Program-made: the position numbers and the translations under genes
The notes under the pieces: generated by a model
Database searches by the model: none
What the model was told of the DNA's origin: nothing
The model's input: the letters and a program-made list of their open reading frames with translations, nothing else
Origin: Squalus acanthias
Lineage: Eukaryota
Reading direction: 5' to 3'
Assembly: GCA_030390025.1 (NCBI GenBank)
Contig: JASTWF010000070.1
Location: 868,001-932,000 of the forward strand
Length of the DNA: 64,000 nucleotides
In this document: positions 35,901-49,585 of the stretch, piece after piece
How positions within the stretch are numbered: the stretch's first letter is position 1
How the letters are laid out: each line of letters starts with the position of its first letter

Positions 35901-38900
35901 AGGGTACTTAAGGAAGTGGCCCTAGAAATATTAGATGCATTGCTGATCATCTTCCAACATTCGATGGAATCTGGAACAGTACCCATGGATTGGAGGGTAG
36001 CTAATGTTTCCCCACTATTCAAAAAGGGTGGTAGAGAGAAAACGGGGAATTACAGACCGGTAAGCCTGACATCGGTAGTGGGGAAAATGCTAGAGTCCAT
36101 TGTAAAAGATGTAATAGCTGAGCAATTGAAAAACAGTGACAGGATCGGACAAAGTCAACATGGATTTACAAAAACGTAAATCATGCTTGACTAATCTATT
36201 GGAATTTTTTGAGGATGTAACTGGTAAAATAGATAAGGGAGAACCAGTGGATGTGGTGTATTTGGACTTCCAAAAGGCTTTTGATAAGGTCCAGCATAAG
36301 AGATTAGCGTGTAAAGTTAAGGCACATGGGATTGGGGGCAAGGTATTGACTTGGATAGAGAACTGGTTGGCAAACAGAAAGCAAAGAGTTGCAATAAATG
36401 GGTCTTTTTCCGAGTGGCAGGCAGTGACTAGTGGGGTACCGCAGGGATCGGTCCTTGGACCCCAGCTATTCACAATATATATTTATGATCTAGACAAGGG
36501 TACTAGATGTAATACCTCCAAGTTTGCAGACGACACAAAACTGGGTGGGCGTGTGTGCTGCGAGGAGGATGCCGAGAAACTCCAGTATGATTTGGACAGG
36601 TTGGGTGATTGGGCAGAAGCGTGGCAGATGCAATATAACGTGGATAAATGCGAGGTTATCCACTTTGGTGTCAAAAACAGAAAGGCAGATTATTATCTGA
36701 ATGGCAATAGATTGGGAGAAGGGGAAGTGCAACGAGACCTGGGTGTCCTTGTGCACCAGTCGCTGAAGATAAGCATGCAGGTGCAGCAGGCGGTTAAGAA
36801 GGCAAATGGTATGTTGGCCTTCATAGCGAGAGGGTTTGTGTACAGGAACAAGGATGGCTTGCTGCAGTTGTACAGAGCCTTGGTGAGACCATACCTTGAG
36901 TACTGTGTGCAGTTTTGGTCGCCTTATCTGAGGAAGGATGTTCTTGCCATCGAAGGAGTTCAGCGAAGATTCACAAGGCTGATACCTGGGATGGCAGGAA
37001 TGACGTATGAAGAAAGATTGGGTCGATTGGGCTTATACTCGCTGGACTTTAGAAGAATGGGAGGGGATCTCATTGAAACTTATAAAATTCTGACAGGACA
37101 GGACAAACTAGATGCAGGAAGGATGTTCCCGATGGTGGGGGAGTCCAGAACCAGGGGTCACAGTCTTAGGATAAGGGGTAAGCCATTTAGGACAGAAATT
37201 AGGAGGAATTTCTGCACCCAGAGAGTGGTGAACCTGTGGAATTCTCTGCCACAGAAGGCAGTAGAGGCCAATTCATTAAATAGATTCAAGAAGGAGTTGG
37301 ATATATTTCTTAAGGCTAAAGGGATCAAGGGATATGGGGAGAAAGCAGGGACAGGGTACTGAATTTGGATGATCAGCCATGATCGCATTGAATGGCGGAG
37401 CAGGCTAGAGGGGCCGAATGGCCTACTCCTGCTCCTATCTTCTATGATTCTATGATTCTATGATTCTATGAAAGCTGCCATCACACAGCTGTTCACTTTC
37501 CAAGCGCAAAAGCTGCTGCTTACTGCATTTGGAAGAGAGATTGAGCTTTATGCAGGTTGCAAGTGTTTGGAGCAAACTCTCTATTACCTCGTTGGAACAA
37601 CCTCTCTCACCATTGACAGATTCCTTCTGTCATCTCAAATTCACCTGCCATTCGTTCCATCAGCGTGGGTACGGCTTATACTCTCTCACCTTGGTTATCA
37701 TAATCTGAGCACGATCAGCCGGAACACCAGCATCACCAGGCACACCAGCAGCACTAGGCACACCAGCAGCACCAGGCACAACAGCAGCACCGACAACCAC
37801 ACCAACCTTCTCCGCAATCACCTGATGCTGCGCAGGACAAAGGGCATCAGCACCCGACCATATGGCTACCCGGGGTGCCAGAGATGGGATGACCTCACCA
37901 AGGCCAGATTTACTTCACTTGACGCTGCACACCCTGGCTGTCACATGATGCGCCAGGTTGGCACCACCCCACACCAACAACATAAAGCATCCCTACAATG
38001 CCCAAGCCATTCCTTTCACACTCATCAGCATTGTGGGGCTACCGTTATGTCCCACCATTCACTGCAACTCATGAAGCCACTTCCAAAGTTGCACACCAAT
38101 CTGTCGAAGAACAGAAACTGTTGAAAATAAAGATTTCAATGTTTGACAGCACATTAACAGAAACTTCACATAAACATTGGCTAAAACACACAAGTTCCTA
38201 CCCTTGTGTGTTGTTAATTGGTATGATTGGACTAGGATTGGGGTGAGTGTGAGGGGTGGTTAGTGAGATTGGGAAGTGATATTGTAGATGGAGAGGGATT
38301 GGTGGAGGTGCAAGGTAAGTTGGTGTGCGGAAGGCCGTGCAGGAGTAGGACAGGAATGACAGATTCATGGAGATGTGATGATTGGCACAGCAGGATGAGG
38401 TTGAGTGTGGCTTTGCATTAACGTTTCGTGTTCTACTGAGATCATTGAAAGGTTTGCCCCACTGAAGCCTGGTCCTCTTGACGATATCCCTGCTTGTGTC
38501 CTCCTGTGCAATGTTCAACAAGGCTGCGTTAGTCTCCTGGGTAGCTCTCTTTGGAAGGGAAAAGAACCTCCCTACGTGCTCTGGAGGGAGGCGTGGGAGA
38601 GTCTGGGTGCAGCCATGCGCCTCTGCTGAATGCTGTAGAACACTGACAGCACAACTGTCAAAGTAAATTTGCGCACGACCCCTTGAAGGATACCGGCGGA
38701 TGACGCGTCAGCATACGACGTCATCAGACCCGCCAGCATACGACGTCATCAGACCCGCTTCCTTCAATTGGCCGGGAAACTCGCCGGGCGTGCTTAAGAA
38801 GCCCAATGAGGGGAATGTCATGTCGGAAGCCGGGATGGAGCCAGCAGCGACCCGCCACCGACCTTGCCCGCCACGTATCCTCCCAGTCGGGGACATCCCG

Positions 38901-38903
38901 GCC
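32980..38903 (-). mobile_element. Harbinger-like remnant interrupted by a full-length CR1
   Basis: Collinear with 21148-22825 once the CR1 is removed. Myb-like words in ORF 38198-38521. Confidence 0.6.
33325..37470 (+). mobile_element. Near full-length CR1 LINE: ORF1 (zinc-finger/SGNH esterase) and ORF2 (APE endonuclease plus RT), inactivated by stops and frameshifts
   Basis: ORF1 33428-34183 (CGKC, IVIGDSIVRG, VHIGTND). ORF2 pieces 34279-35409 (LNARSI, ITETWL, MGDFN, SDHN), 35622-36179 and 36136-37362 (KFADDTKLGG). (ttctatga)n tail. TSD aaag at 33321-33324 and 37471-37474. Confidence 0.96.
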
Positions 38904-41601
38904 AAACACAAGGAGTACTTTTCACCGATCTACGATACTGTGTGTGAAATGTTCATCTTTTCCTCTTTTGCTGCCCCGCGTGTAGTTCCTAAGCTATCCT
39001 CCAGTTTCTCGTTCACAGCCCAGCCCAAAGCCCCTGACCATACGTTCATTATCTGTGATTTTCCGACCTGGATGATGTCCCCTTTCAATACTTGATTGAG
39101 CAACGGAACCAGACTGAATTTTAGCAATCTCTTTCGTAATCTACCCCCAGAATGATGCGTGGCGCTCTTTAATGAATGGCCTGCAATGGATCAATTTCGT
39201 TTTTGAAACTAGGGCGCCAAAGTGTCACATGTGGCCTCAGCACCGATCGACAGAAGCTTAAGGTTTGGAAATCAAACAGCCACGTGATGTGTGATGTCAA
39301 AATAATCCTTATCCCTCACTCTAATATATACTGCTGGATTCAAGAGATAGAGAGATTAATAATCTTTATTTATCAGTACACTTATAGAAACTTAGCACCT
39401 CCTGTGCTATGAGAATGACCTCAATTTTACTCAAAAGCATATCTATTTAATTATGCAAGGTAAGCACGGTGCTCGTACGTCAGCACGTTCATAGTACGTG
39501 TGATTCCTACGTACGCACGCAGGGCTAATATAGAGTCATCGAGTCATAACCGCAAAGAAGGAGGCCATTCGGCCCATCGAGTCCGTGCCGGCTCTCTGTG
39601 GAGCAATCCAGTCAGTCCCATTCCCACGCTCTATCCCCGTAGCCCTGCAAGTTTATTTCCCTCAAGTGCCTATCCAGTCTCCCCTTGAAAACATTGAGTG
39701 TCTCCGCTTCCACCACTTCAGTCGGCAGCGAGTTCCAGGTTCTCACCACTCAATGCGTAAAAATGTTTTTCCTCACATCCACCTGAATCTCCTAACTAAA
39801 ATCTTAAATTTGTGTCCCCTATGTAAGCTCATTGGTGCCCACGCATGCTACTCGCATCACCCCCCCCCCCCGCCCCACCCCGCCCCAACACCTTTGCACA
39901 TGCTCATTGGCGACACTCTCTGTCCAGTGCCCTCATGACATTTCACATGTATGATTAACCATATTCAGAATCCTCACTTGCTGATCGAGGAGCTCAGGAA
40001 CAGGAGTAGATCCACAGTGGATTATCTTACACTCCCCCACATTGAGCGACATCTGTCATGTTTCACTCCACTCACAACCTGTACATATCCCCTTCCAAAT
40101 TGTTGCTCCTATCTACAAAAGTTACTGTGCCTCCTAACTTAACACCAGCTGCAAACTTGGATATACAACTCTCTGTTCCTTCATCCAGCTCATTAGTATA
40201 TACGGTGGAAATATTGAGGCCCCAGAACAGATCCGTGGGGAACACCACTTGTCAAATCCTGCCAATCGGAGTACCTCCTCTTTATCCCGACTCTCTGTCT
40301 GTTACTTCCCATCCAAACCCCAACCCAAATCAAAAGGCTCCACCCAATTCCATGCGGTCTCAACTTGGCCATTAATCTTTAATGTGGAACCTTATTGAAT
40401 GCCTTCTGGGATTCCATATAGATAACATCCATAGACACTCCTTTCTCTATCTGATTAGTGACCTCCTCAAAAAATGTAATTGGATTAGTCAGACATGATT
40501 TACCTTTAACAAAGCCATGCTGGCCCGCTCTGACCAGTTCATATTTGCACAGGTGATCAATCACTCTATCCTTAATGACAGATTCTGTTAATTTTCCCAC
40601 GACTGACGTTAAACTGACAAGCCGGTAGTGACCTGGTTTAACTCTCCCACCCTTCTTCAATAATTCAGTATCTGGAGCACTGTGTACAGGTTCTGGACAC
40701 ACCATCTCAGAAAGGATATATTGGAGGGAGTTCAGCATAAAATCACCAGAATGTTACCAGGGATCCAAGGGTTGAATTAGGAGGTGAGATTAAATAATCT
40801 AGGCTTGTATTCCCGGGAATATAGAATGTTAAAGAGTGATTTCATTCAGGTTTTGGGGAATTTTTGAGGGATTGATAGTTTAGATACAGCGAAACTACTC
40901 CTCTGGTGGGGGCGGGGAGAGGGAAGGTTCAGAACAAGAGGGAATAACCTTAAAATTAAGAAGTCCAACAGGGAATTCAGGAGAAACTTCTTTACCCAGA
41001 GAGTGTGAAAATGTGGAACTTGCTGCACATTGGAATATTTGAGGTGAATAGCATAGATGCATTTAAGGGGAGGCTAGATAAGAACATCAGCGAGAAAGGA
41101 ATAGAAGGATATGCTGATGCGGTGAAATGAAGAGGGGTGGGAGGAGGCTCATGTGGAGCATAAACACTGGCAGAGACCAGTTGGGCTGAATGTCCTGTTT
41201 GTGCTGTACATTCTGTGTAATCCACTCAATGTCCCTTTAAGTGCTGAGTAAAGACGAACCACTTTAACTTGGTAGCAGCATTTCATGTTTATTAAGAGCT
41301 GTGTTACACAAGTTCCAAACACAATACGGTCACAGAGAAAGGGAAATCTGTCCCTATTCGACACACAGAGAAAGTTTACACTCAAGCTATTGGGGACAAT
41401 TGTACAGAAAGTTCCATCTCACAAAGCTGAACAATCATTTCACTCACTTCAGATATAATTTAACATTCTGATTGTTTACTAAAAACTGAAATTGCTACAG
41501 CGATTACATTGCAAAAAAAGCTAGATTGCACACATCGAATGATCTGTTTCATTATATTAAACACGAGGAAAAATCAAACTCCACTGCCAGCTCGCACAGC
41601 C

Positions 41602-44297
41602 TCAGTCTGAACACGAGGAGGCGCTGATGGTCTTGAAGAGAGGCGAGCTCAGGGAGCCGTGGCTGACGCTGCAGGAATAGCTGGAGCCCTTGTTGCAGGC
41701 GGCGGCGGGGACTCTCAGGTAACTGCTCAGGCTGTAGGTTTGATCGCTGTCCGGGGACACGGCGCCTGTCGTCACCCAGCTGTCTTTTTCTTGGCCATCC
41801 ACGCTCCAGCGGAGCCGCACCAAACCCGGCTTAAAGCGACTGACCAGTCAGGACAGAGTGGTATATCCCGAGCCGATTTCTGCCGACGTGTGAGGGAGGA
41901 GAAGAACCGAGGGGCTTCGATCCTCGCTGGCTGTTTGGGGAGGGAGAGAAAATTCACTAGTTTATGGAATCCGTCAGCAGTGGGACGCTCTGATCTGAAA
42001 TCAAAGACGCAAAAGAACCCACGAACAACATTCACTTGAAAATAAATTACTGATTAATACAGGAGTTCCAATAAATTCTTTCTTTCTATCCGTTTTCTTT
42101 CTTTCCTTCTTTCTGTCTTTCCTTCTTTCTTTCTTTCGTGCAATATAACAACAGAAAATGCTGGAAATACAGACCGGGTCAGTCAGCATGTGTGAGGCGG
42201 AAAGATCAGTAACTGACCAGTTCAGGTGCAGGTTACCCCCCCGGAAACGCACTAACCTGTCTGTTTCCGTTACAGACACTGACCGACCGGCCGTGTATTC
42301 CCAGCATTTTCAGTTTTTTTTAAATTACAATATTTACATTGTTTTCCTCTTTACTTGAATATAATAAAGCGTTTGATTGTCTTAACACGTGGTCAGTGTT
42401 ACCTTTAAAGCGGTGAAATTAAGGATCTCTGACCCGCTTTACACTGATAGTCCGCACTGTTCGATATTTCTAGTGAAAGGGGGAATAAGAATTTTAAAAG
42501 ATTCTCGCTACAGAGGCAAGTAAAAATTCCTCCCCGTGCGGGTGAACTGATTTCTCTCTCGGTATCGGGTCAGTCTCGCTGGTCCCGGAGCGATCCGTTC
42601 AACACGGGGCGGTAACGGGACACGACACATCAACCCAGGAGAATCGGCGCTATCCCCGGGGGGACACTGGACAGGGAGAGTCGGCAGATACAGCCTAGGG
42701 GAGGGAGAGGGTCATCAGCGAGAGAATGAGATGGAGAGAAAGTTCTCTTCAACAAGCATCACCCAGTCTCACTCACACACACGGGGCTGGTCAGTAATTG
42801 TCACTGCGCCGCTCCATGGTAAAGCGCCGGTTCTGCTCTATAAACAGCGGGGAGATTGCGAATAATGAGCTCAGACAGATTAAATATCGGAGCACGGAAT
42901 TCAGGATAAAACCGGTCCCTTCAAACGAATACTACCCCGACTAGTTCCGGTGTTGCTGGCGACAGGGAGTTGATCCAACCGGTTGTGTGGTGGGACAGCG
43001 GGTCTCGGGAGGGTCTTCTCTCTCTCCCAGCCCAGACCCGGACACCCGACGGCTGCGGTCAGGGGGACAATGCGCCACAGGAATAAAACCAGCAGCAACA
43101 TTGAAAGTTGCAAATGACGATAAATGGGTTGGGATTGCTCCGGGGTCTCTCCCACCGGCTCCGGGCAATCATTTGAAAATCGGTCGATGCAGACTCTGGA
43201 CAATAGGAATAATTCCACATACACTAAGGGAATAAGTAAGGAACAGCATAGAATCATACAGCACAGAAGGAGGCCATTCAGCCCATTGTGCCAGTGCTGG
43301 CTGTTTGAAAGAGCTCTCCAATTAGTCCCACTCCGCTGCTCTTTCCCCAGAGCCCTGCAATTTTCCCCCCTTCAAGTCTCAGTGTAACATAGTGACATAG
43401 TCAGTGTCCACTGTCAGAATTTCACAGAGTAGCTCACAACTTTCCTCTCTCTCTCTCTGTCCTTTGCTGCACCCGAATGATACCGGGGCTTGGCGGGTTA
43501 AATTACGTGGACGGGTTGCATGAACTTGGTTGCATTCGCTTGAGTTTAGAAGATTCAGGGGTGATATTCCCTGAGGCGCTTCAACAATTCCAATTCTGAG
43601 CAGTTTAACATTTTTAGTGCATAAATAGATCCAACAACAAAATTCACTGAATGGAGATTTCTCTGGCGCCCGGGAAGGAAAGCGACTGTAAATTAATAAT
43701 AATTGAAACAATGTGAATGATAGAATGAGAGAGTCACTTACTCTTTATACTCAGGGCGGTCCCCTGTCCGAAGATGACTCCCGACTCCCACACAGCACAG
43801 TAATAGACGGCGGAGTCACCGGGCACCAGGGTTCCGATGGTCAGAATGTAACTGTTACCGGAGGCGTCTCTGGAAGGTTGAAAACGGTCTGTGAAGCCGG
43901 TGTCTCGGTATATATCATTATCTGCTTCATATGTTAGCAACCACACCGGAGCTTCCCCGGGTCGCTGTAGGAACCAGTACATGCTTTGGCTGCCCACAGC
44001 CGCGTTCTGCAGCGCACACTGTAACCGGGCGGTCTGACCCGCGGAGATAGGATCGGATACTGGGGACTGATTGAGGACGGGAGCCGCCAGGACACCTTCA
44101 AAGAAATAAAAAAAATAAAAACATTCAGTGACTTGGAGCAAATAGGAAGTTAATGCCTCAATAAACACGGAGAGAAAACCGCCCGATTCTCGTTATTGAA
44201 CCGATTTAGTTGCGGATAAACCGGTGACTAAAACCATCCGTCTCTCACCTGTTAAATGGATCAGCAGAGCCCACAGGAGATGCATCGCTGGAGCCAT
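41602..44297 (-). pseudogene. Germline-joined Ig light chain cluster 3: intact leader and VJ; nonsense codon in C
   Basis: Leader 44297-44249; VJ 44095-43742 (...YYCAVWESGVIFGQGTALSIK); C 41930-41602 with the first core Cys TGC->TGA at 41850-41848 and W->C (AAACNKG); AATAAA at 41293-41288. Confidence 0.88.
43742..44095 (-). CDS. Fused VJ exon, light chain cluster 3
   Basis: 354-nt open exon with C/W/C core and FGQGT J motif. Confidence 0.93.
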
Positions 44298-44413
44298 TTC
44301 CTCCGGAGAAGCGCCAACAGCCAACGCCCAAATTTCCGACTGAACCCTGCGTTGTTCCTTTAAACTCTGGGACCCGGTCCGGTTACAGTGTCTGCAAACC
44401 CGAGACTCCGGGT

Positions 44414-44437
44414 CTATTTATTACCCGGTATGCAAAT
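44414..44437 (-). promoter_or_regulatory. Octamer/TATA-like promoter, cluster 3
   Basis: ATGCAAAT at 44430-44437. Confidence 0.9.
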
Positions 44438-45510
44438 GGCTGGGAGGGGGCAGGAAAAGGAAGGAGGCAGATTTTTAATTCGGGATTTTTAATCAAGTCT
44501 ATTTGTGTCTGACTAAAATATTACAATCTTAAACTTTTAATATACAAGTATATAATCTCCAATTGGAGTTTCTGTTAAGGGAAGGTTCCAAGATACCGAA
44601 GATTTTTGCGTTTAATGAATATTTAGTTTGTGTTCTACCCCAGAAAAATGAGGGGCGGATTGTAGAGATACGGATCAGCTGATGCACTTCGGCCGGAATC
44701 GTTCTGATAACGCGCTGTTACTCTCTGATACAATGCATCAGATTTTAAAATAATCTTTTCCCCCTAAAATAAATATTTCATAATAGACTGACGTCCCTTT
44801 CTCTAAATCAGCAGCAAGACAACCCTGGATTTGTCAATCCTTTTAAAATTGCGGTGTCAGTTGATAAATATGATTTGTGCTTCAGTCTTTAAATACATTT
44901 CTGATGAGAATATTCCTCAGGCGGAGTATAGAGCGAATTAGATGAATGAGAAAGAGGGGAAGAAAGCGGCATTTTACTCCCTGCCCCGGATTAAAGAGAA
45001 GTTGTTCTATTATAGTCTGAGTCATCCCCTTTAAAACTCAGGAGGGCAAATAAAACTCGGCACAATATTAATAAAATGACACTTTGCCTTTAATTTACTG
45101 CGAGTCCGATTAATGCGCGCAGTTCCCGTTTTAAACCCTGTTCCAGTTGAATTATTAAGCGTTGGTGTCCGTTGTTTCTGGGGCGCTGTGATGTTGAACA
45201 CTTCCCCTGTTTGGAGTCAATCCTTAACTCCCCACACTGAGTCTTGGTTCATGTTTTTAAAAGTCAGATTGAAACTGGTTAGTGTCAGTTACTTGAGGGC
45301 GAAAGAAAAATGTATTAAATTGTTAATAAATGGGTTTGCTCCAGATATTAGTGTGAAAGGAATAATATTTTTTTGTTTCATAATTAAATAACTGAATTGT
45401 GTATCTGTGAAGTTAGATATTTCTCTGTTTCTTAGAAAAACACAGAGAGCGGCCGGAGGGATTCTCGCCCCCTGGAGAAGCACTGAATTCCGGCAGCGAT
45501 TGGTTCTCAC

Positions 45511-45754
45511 CTGGACAAGGGGCTTTTCGGTGAACCCCAGGTGCTTGGTTCTGTTTCTGCGCTGGAACTGATCACTGATTCCTCTGGTCTGTTAGAATTA
45601 TTAAAGGGGCTTTTGTGCTGCGACTGGAGCTGCTCTCTCAACCTTGCACAGGGCCCAAGAGCTTTGTCGCTGCTGACACTGACACGGCTGACTGGAGAAC
45701 CAATCATTGCAGAGCACTGGCCATACAGCGCACTGTACCTTGGGAACTGTAGTT
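45511..45754 (-). promoter_or_regulatory. ZNF143/Staf-type promoter and candidate first exon (paralog of 30265-30508)
   Basis: AACTACAGTTCCCAAGGTACA on the minus strand (45754-45734), CCAAT, and CAG/gtgaga at 45511. Confidence 0.55.
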
Positions 45755-45759
45755 CCACA

Positions 45760-48603
45760 TAGAATGCAACAGTTATACATTCCTTTCTGGCGCAAAAACA
45801 CAAAAGGAAAAGCGGCCCAACCATGGCTAACAAAAGAAATTAAGGATAGTATTAGATCTAAAGAGGAGTCAAATAAAGTTGCCAGAAAAAGTAGCAAGGC
45901 TGAGGATTGGGAACATTTTAAAATTCAGCAAAAAAGGACCAAGAGATTGATTAAGAGTGTAAAAATAGAGTATGAGAGCAAAATTGCAAGGAACATAAAA
46001 GCGGACTGTAAAAGCTTCCAGAGTTATGTAAAAATAAAAAAATAGTGACGACATATTTAGGTCACTTACAGTCAGAAACGGGAGAATTTATAATGAGTAA
46101 CAAGGAAATGGAAAGCAATTAAACAAATACTTCTGTTCTGTCTTCACGGAAGAGGACACAAATAACTTTCCAGAAATGCTAGGGAACGAAGGGTCTCGTC
46201 AGAAGGAGAAATTAAAGGAAGTTTGTATTCGTAAAATAATAGCGCTGGGGAAATTAATGGGACTGAAAGCTGATGAATCCCCAGAGGCTGATAATTTGCC
46301 TCCCAGAGTACTAAAAGAGGGAGCCATGGAAATAGTGGATGCATTGTTTGTCATCTTCCAAAATTCTATAGATTATGGAACAGTTCCTGCAGATTGGAGG
46401 GTGGCAAATGTAACCCCACTATTTAAAAAAGGAGGGAGAGAGAAAACAGTGAACTGCAGACCGGTTAGCCTAACATCAGTAGCAGGGAAAATGCTAGAGT
46501 CTATTATAAAGGATGTGATAACAGGACACATAGAAAATATCAATGGGATTAGACAAAGTCAACATGGATTTATGAAAGGGAAATCGTGTTTGACAAACCT
46601 ACTGGAGTTTTTGGAGGATGTAACTGGTAGAATAGATTAGGGAAAACCAGTGGATGTGGTGTATTTGGATATTCAGAAGGCCTTTGATAAAGTCTCACAT
46701 AAGAGCTAATGTGTGCAGAATTAAAGCTCGTGGGATTAGGGGTAAACTGGCATGGATAGAAAGTTGTTTAACAGACATGAATCAGAGAGTAGGAATAAAT
46801 GGGTCTTTTTCGGGGTGGCAGGCAGTGAATAGTGGGGTACCACAGGGATCAGTCCTTGGGCCCCAGCTATTCACAATGGCCCAAAAATTCGGCCGTTCTC
46901 GAGTGAGTACTCAATGCGTACTCACCCGTATTCATTCCCGAAGTGCCGGTTTCCTGCATGCACTGCGCATGCGCGGGAAACCGGCACTTCTGGTACGGCG
47001 ATGGGGGCGGTTCCTAGGTGAACCGCGTGCGCACTACAGGCTGCGCGCACACAGCACACTTTGTTTTTTTTTCAGGTTTCAACGCGAATGTAAGTATTGA
47101 ATCTTCTACGCTAGTAAAAAGGAGGCGTAAGACCCCTTTTGAACAAGGCAAGTAGTTAATTAAGTATAATTGAAAAAAAATTTCAACAGGTTTATCTGTT
47201 TTAGAGACTTTAAAGGAAGGTAAGTTTATTTTTATAACTTTTAAAAAGTATTTTAGTATTTTCAAAAATGTAAATTTTTGTTTAAAGTGGTTAATTTATT
47301 TAACTATAGTTATTTTATTAATGTGATGGGTTTTTTAATAATTTATTTGAGGTTTAGCTGTTCTTTTGGGGCCGATTTCAATTCACAGATTTGACAGGAC
47401 TGTCAAATCTATGAATGAAAGATGGTCTGCTGCTATTGGCGCTCCATGGCCCAAGTGATCCCAAGGGTCGCATCGCACTAACTGCGCCCCTGGAACACGC
47501 AGGCACTGCGGAATGGCACTAGGGAGAGGCCCAGGACCCAAAGTTCCTGCGGGGGCAAACAGGAACAGCAGACACGGTAGGTGATATTGCGCGCGATCCT
47601 TACCTCCGCGGCAAGCGTCCGAATCGAATTTCTAGGCCAATATATATCAATGATTTGGATGAGGGAATCAAATGTAATATTTCCAAATATGTTGACGACA
47701 CGAAACTAGGTGGGATTGTGAGTTGTGAGGCGGATGCAAAGAGGCTTCAAGGCGAATTAGACAAGTTGAGTGAAAAGGGCAAATACATGGCAGATGCAGG
47801 TGGATAAATGAGAAGTTATCCACTTCGGTAGGAAAAACAGAAAGGCAGAGTATTATTTAAATGGTGATAGATATGGGGAATATTGATGTACAAAGGGACC
47901 TAGATGTCCTTGTACACCAGTCACTGAAAGCAAACATGCAGGTGTAGCAAGCAGTTAGAGAGGGAAATGGTATGTTGGCCTTCATTGCAAGAGGATTTGA
48001 GTAAAGGAACAAGGATGTCTTACTACAGTTATACAGGGCCTTGGTGAGACCACACCTGGAGTACTGTGTGCAGTTTTGGTATCCTTTCCTACGAAAGGAT
48101 ATACTTGCCATAGAGGGAGTGCAGCGAAGGTTCACCAGACTGATTCCTGGGATGGCAGGACTGTCGTATGAGAAGAGATTGGATCGACTAGGCCTGTATT
48201 CACTAGAGTTTAGAAGAATGAGAGGCGATCTCATTGAAACGTATAAAATTCTGACAGGGCTAGACAGACTGGATGCAGGGAGGTCTAGAATGAGTGGTCA
48301 CAGTGTCAGGAATACGGGGTAGGACATTTAGGACTGAGATGAGGAGACATTTCTTCACTCCGAGTGTGATGAACCTGTGGAATTCTCTATCACAGACAGC
48401 TGTGGAAGCCAAGTCACTGATTATACTTAAGAAGGAAATAGATAGATTTCTAGACACAAAAGGCATCAAGGGGTATGGGGTGAGAGCGGTAATATGGTAT
48501 TGAGATGGAGGATCAGCCATGATCATATTGAATGGCAGAGCAGGCTCGAGGGGCCGAATGGCCTGCTACTACTCCTATTTTTCTATGTTCCTATGTTTCT
48601 ATG
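45760..48603 (+). mobile_element. 5'-truncated decayed CR1 LINE, interrupted by a TIR element
   Basis: ORFs 46176-46640, 46654- (SGVPQGSVLGPQLFT) and 48041-48322; tttctatg tail. Confidence 0.9.
46878..47638. mobile_element. Non-autonomous DNA transposon/MITE (Harbinger-like) nested in CR1
   Basis: TIRs GGCCCAAAAATTCG / CGAATTTCTAGGCC. 3-bp TSD aat; removal restores the CR1 sequence ttcacaatatatat. Internal hairpin gaagtgccggtttcc...ggaaaccggcacttc at 46940-46990. Confidence 0.8.
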
Positions 48604-49585
48604 GCCAATAGCCAAGTCAGCGAGTCTATTGACACCACTGTGTCAGATCTACCTCACCACCACCTCTCTCGACCCATCCACTCTCGCTAAATTGTCACAC
48701 TGCTTGTCCAACATCCAGCACTGGATGAGCAGAAATTTACTCCAACTAAATATTGGGAAGACCGAAGCCACTGTCTTTGGTCCCCGGCACAAATTCCGCT
48801 CCGTCGCCATGGACTCCATCCCTCTCCCTGGCAGAACCAGACTGTTCACAACCTTGTTGTCATATCTGACCCTGAGATGGTCTTCGGACGACATAGTTGC
48901 ACCATAACTAAGACTGCCTATTTCCACCTCTGTAACATCCCCCATCTCCAGCCTTGCCTCAGCTCATCTGCGGCTGAAACCCTCATCCGTGCCTTTGTGA
49001 CCTCTAGACTTGAATATTCCAAAGCACTTCTGGCCGGCCTCCCACATTCCAGCTTACTTAAACTTGAGGTCATCCGAAACTCGGCTGCCCGTGTCCTAAT
49101 TCTAACCAGTACCTGTTCAATCATCACCCCTGTGCTCGCTGAACTACATTGGCTCCCGTTTAGGCAACACCTCGATTTTAAATCTCTCTTCCTTCTTTTC
49201 AAATTCCTCCACGGCCTCACTATCCCTATCTCTGTAATTTCCTCCAGTCCCACAAACCTCCGAGATATCTGTGCTCCTCTAATTCTGGCATATTGGACAT
49301 CCCCAATTATAATCTCTCAACTGTTGCTGGCTGTGCTTTCAGCTACCTGTGCCCTAAGCTCTGGAAATCCCTCCCTGAACCTCTCCACCTCCCTATCTCT
49401 CTCTCTCCTCCTCTAACACGCTCCTTAAAACCTATCTCTGTGACCAAGCATTTGGTTATCTGCCCAAATATATCGTTAGTTCTTACGTGGCTTGGAGTAA
49501 TTTTTTTCTGAAAACGCTCTTGTGAAGCACCTTGCGACATTTACTACTTTAAAAGCACTATATAAATACCGGTTGTTGTTGTTGT
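48604..49585 (+). mobile_element. L2-clade LINE 3' fragment
   Basis: LLQLNIGKTEA, AETLIRAFVTSRLEY..ALLAGLP, NSAARVL..ITPVLAELHWLP; (ttg)n tail. Confidence 0.85.
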
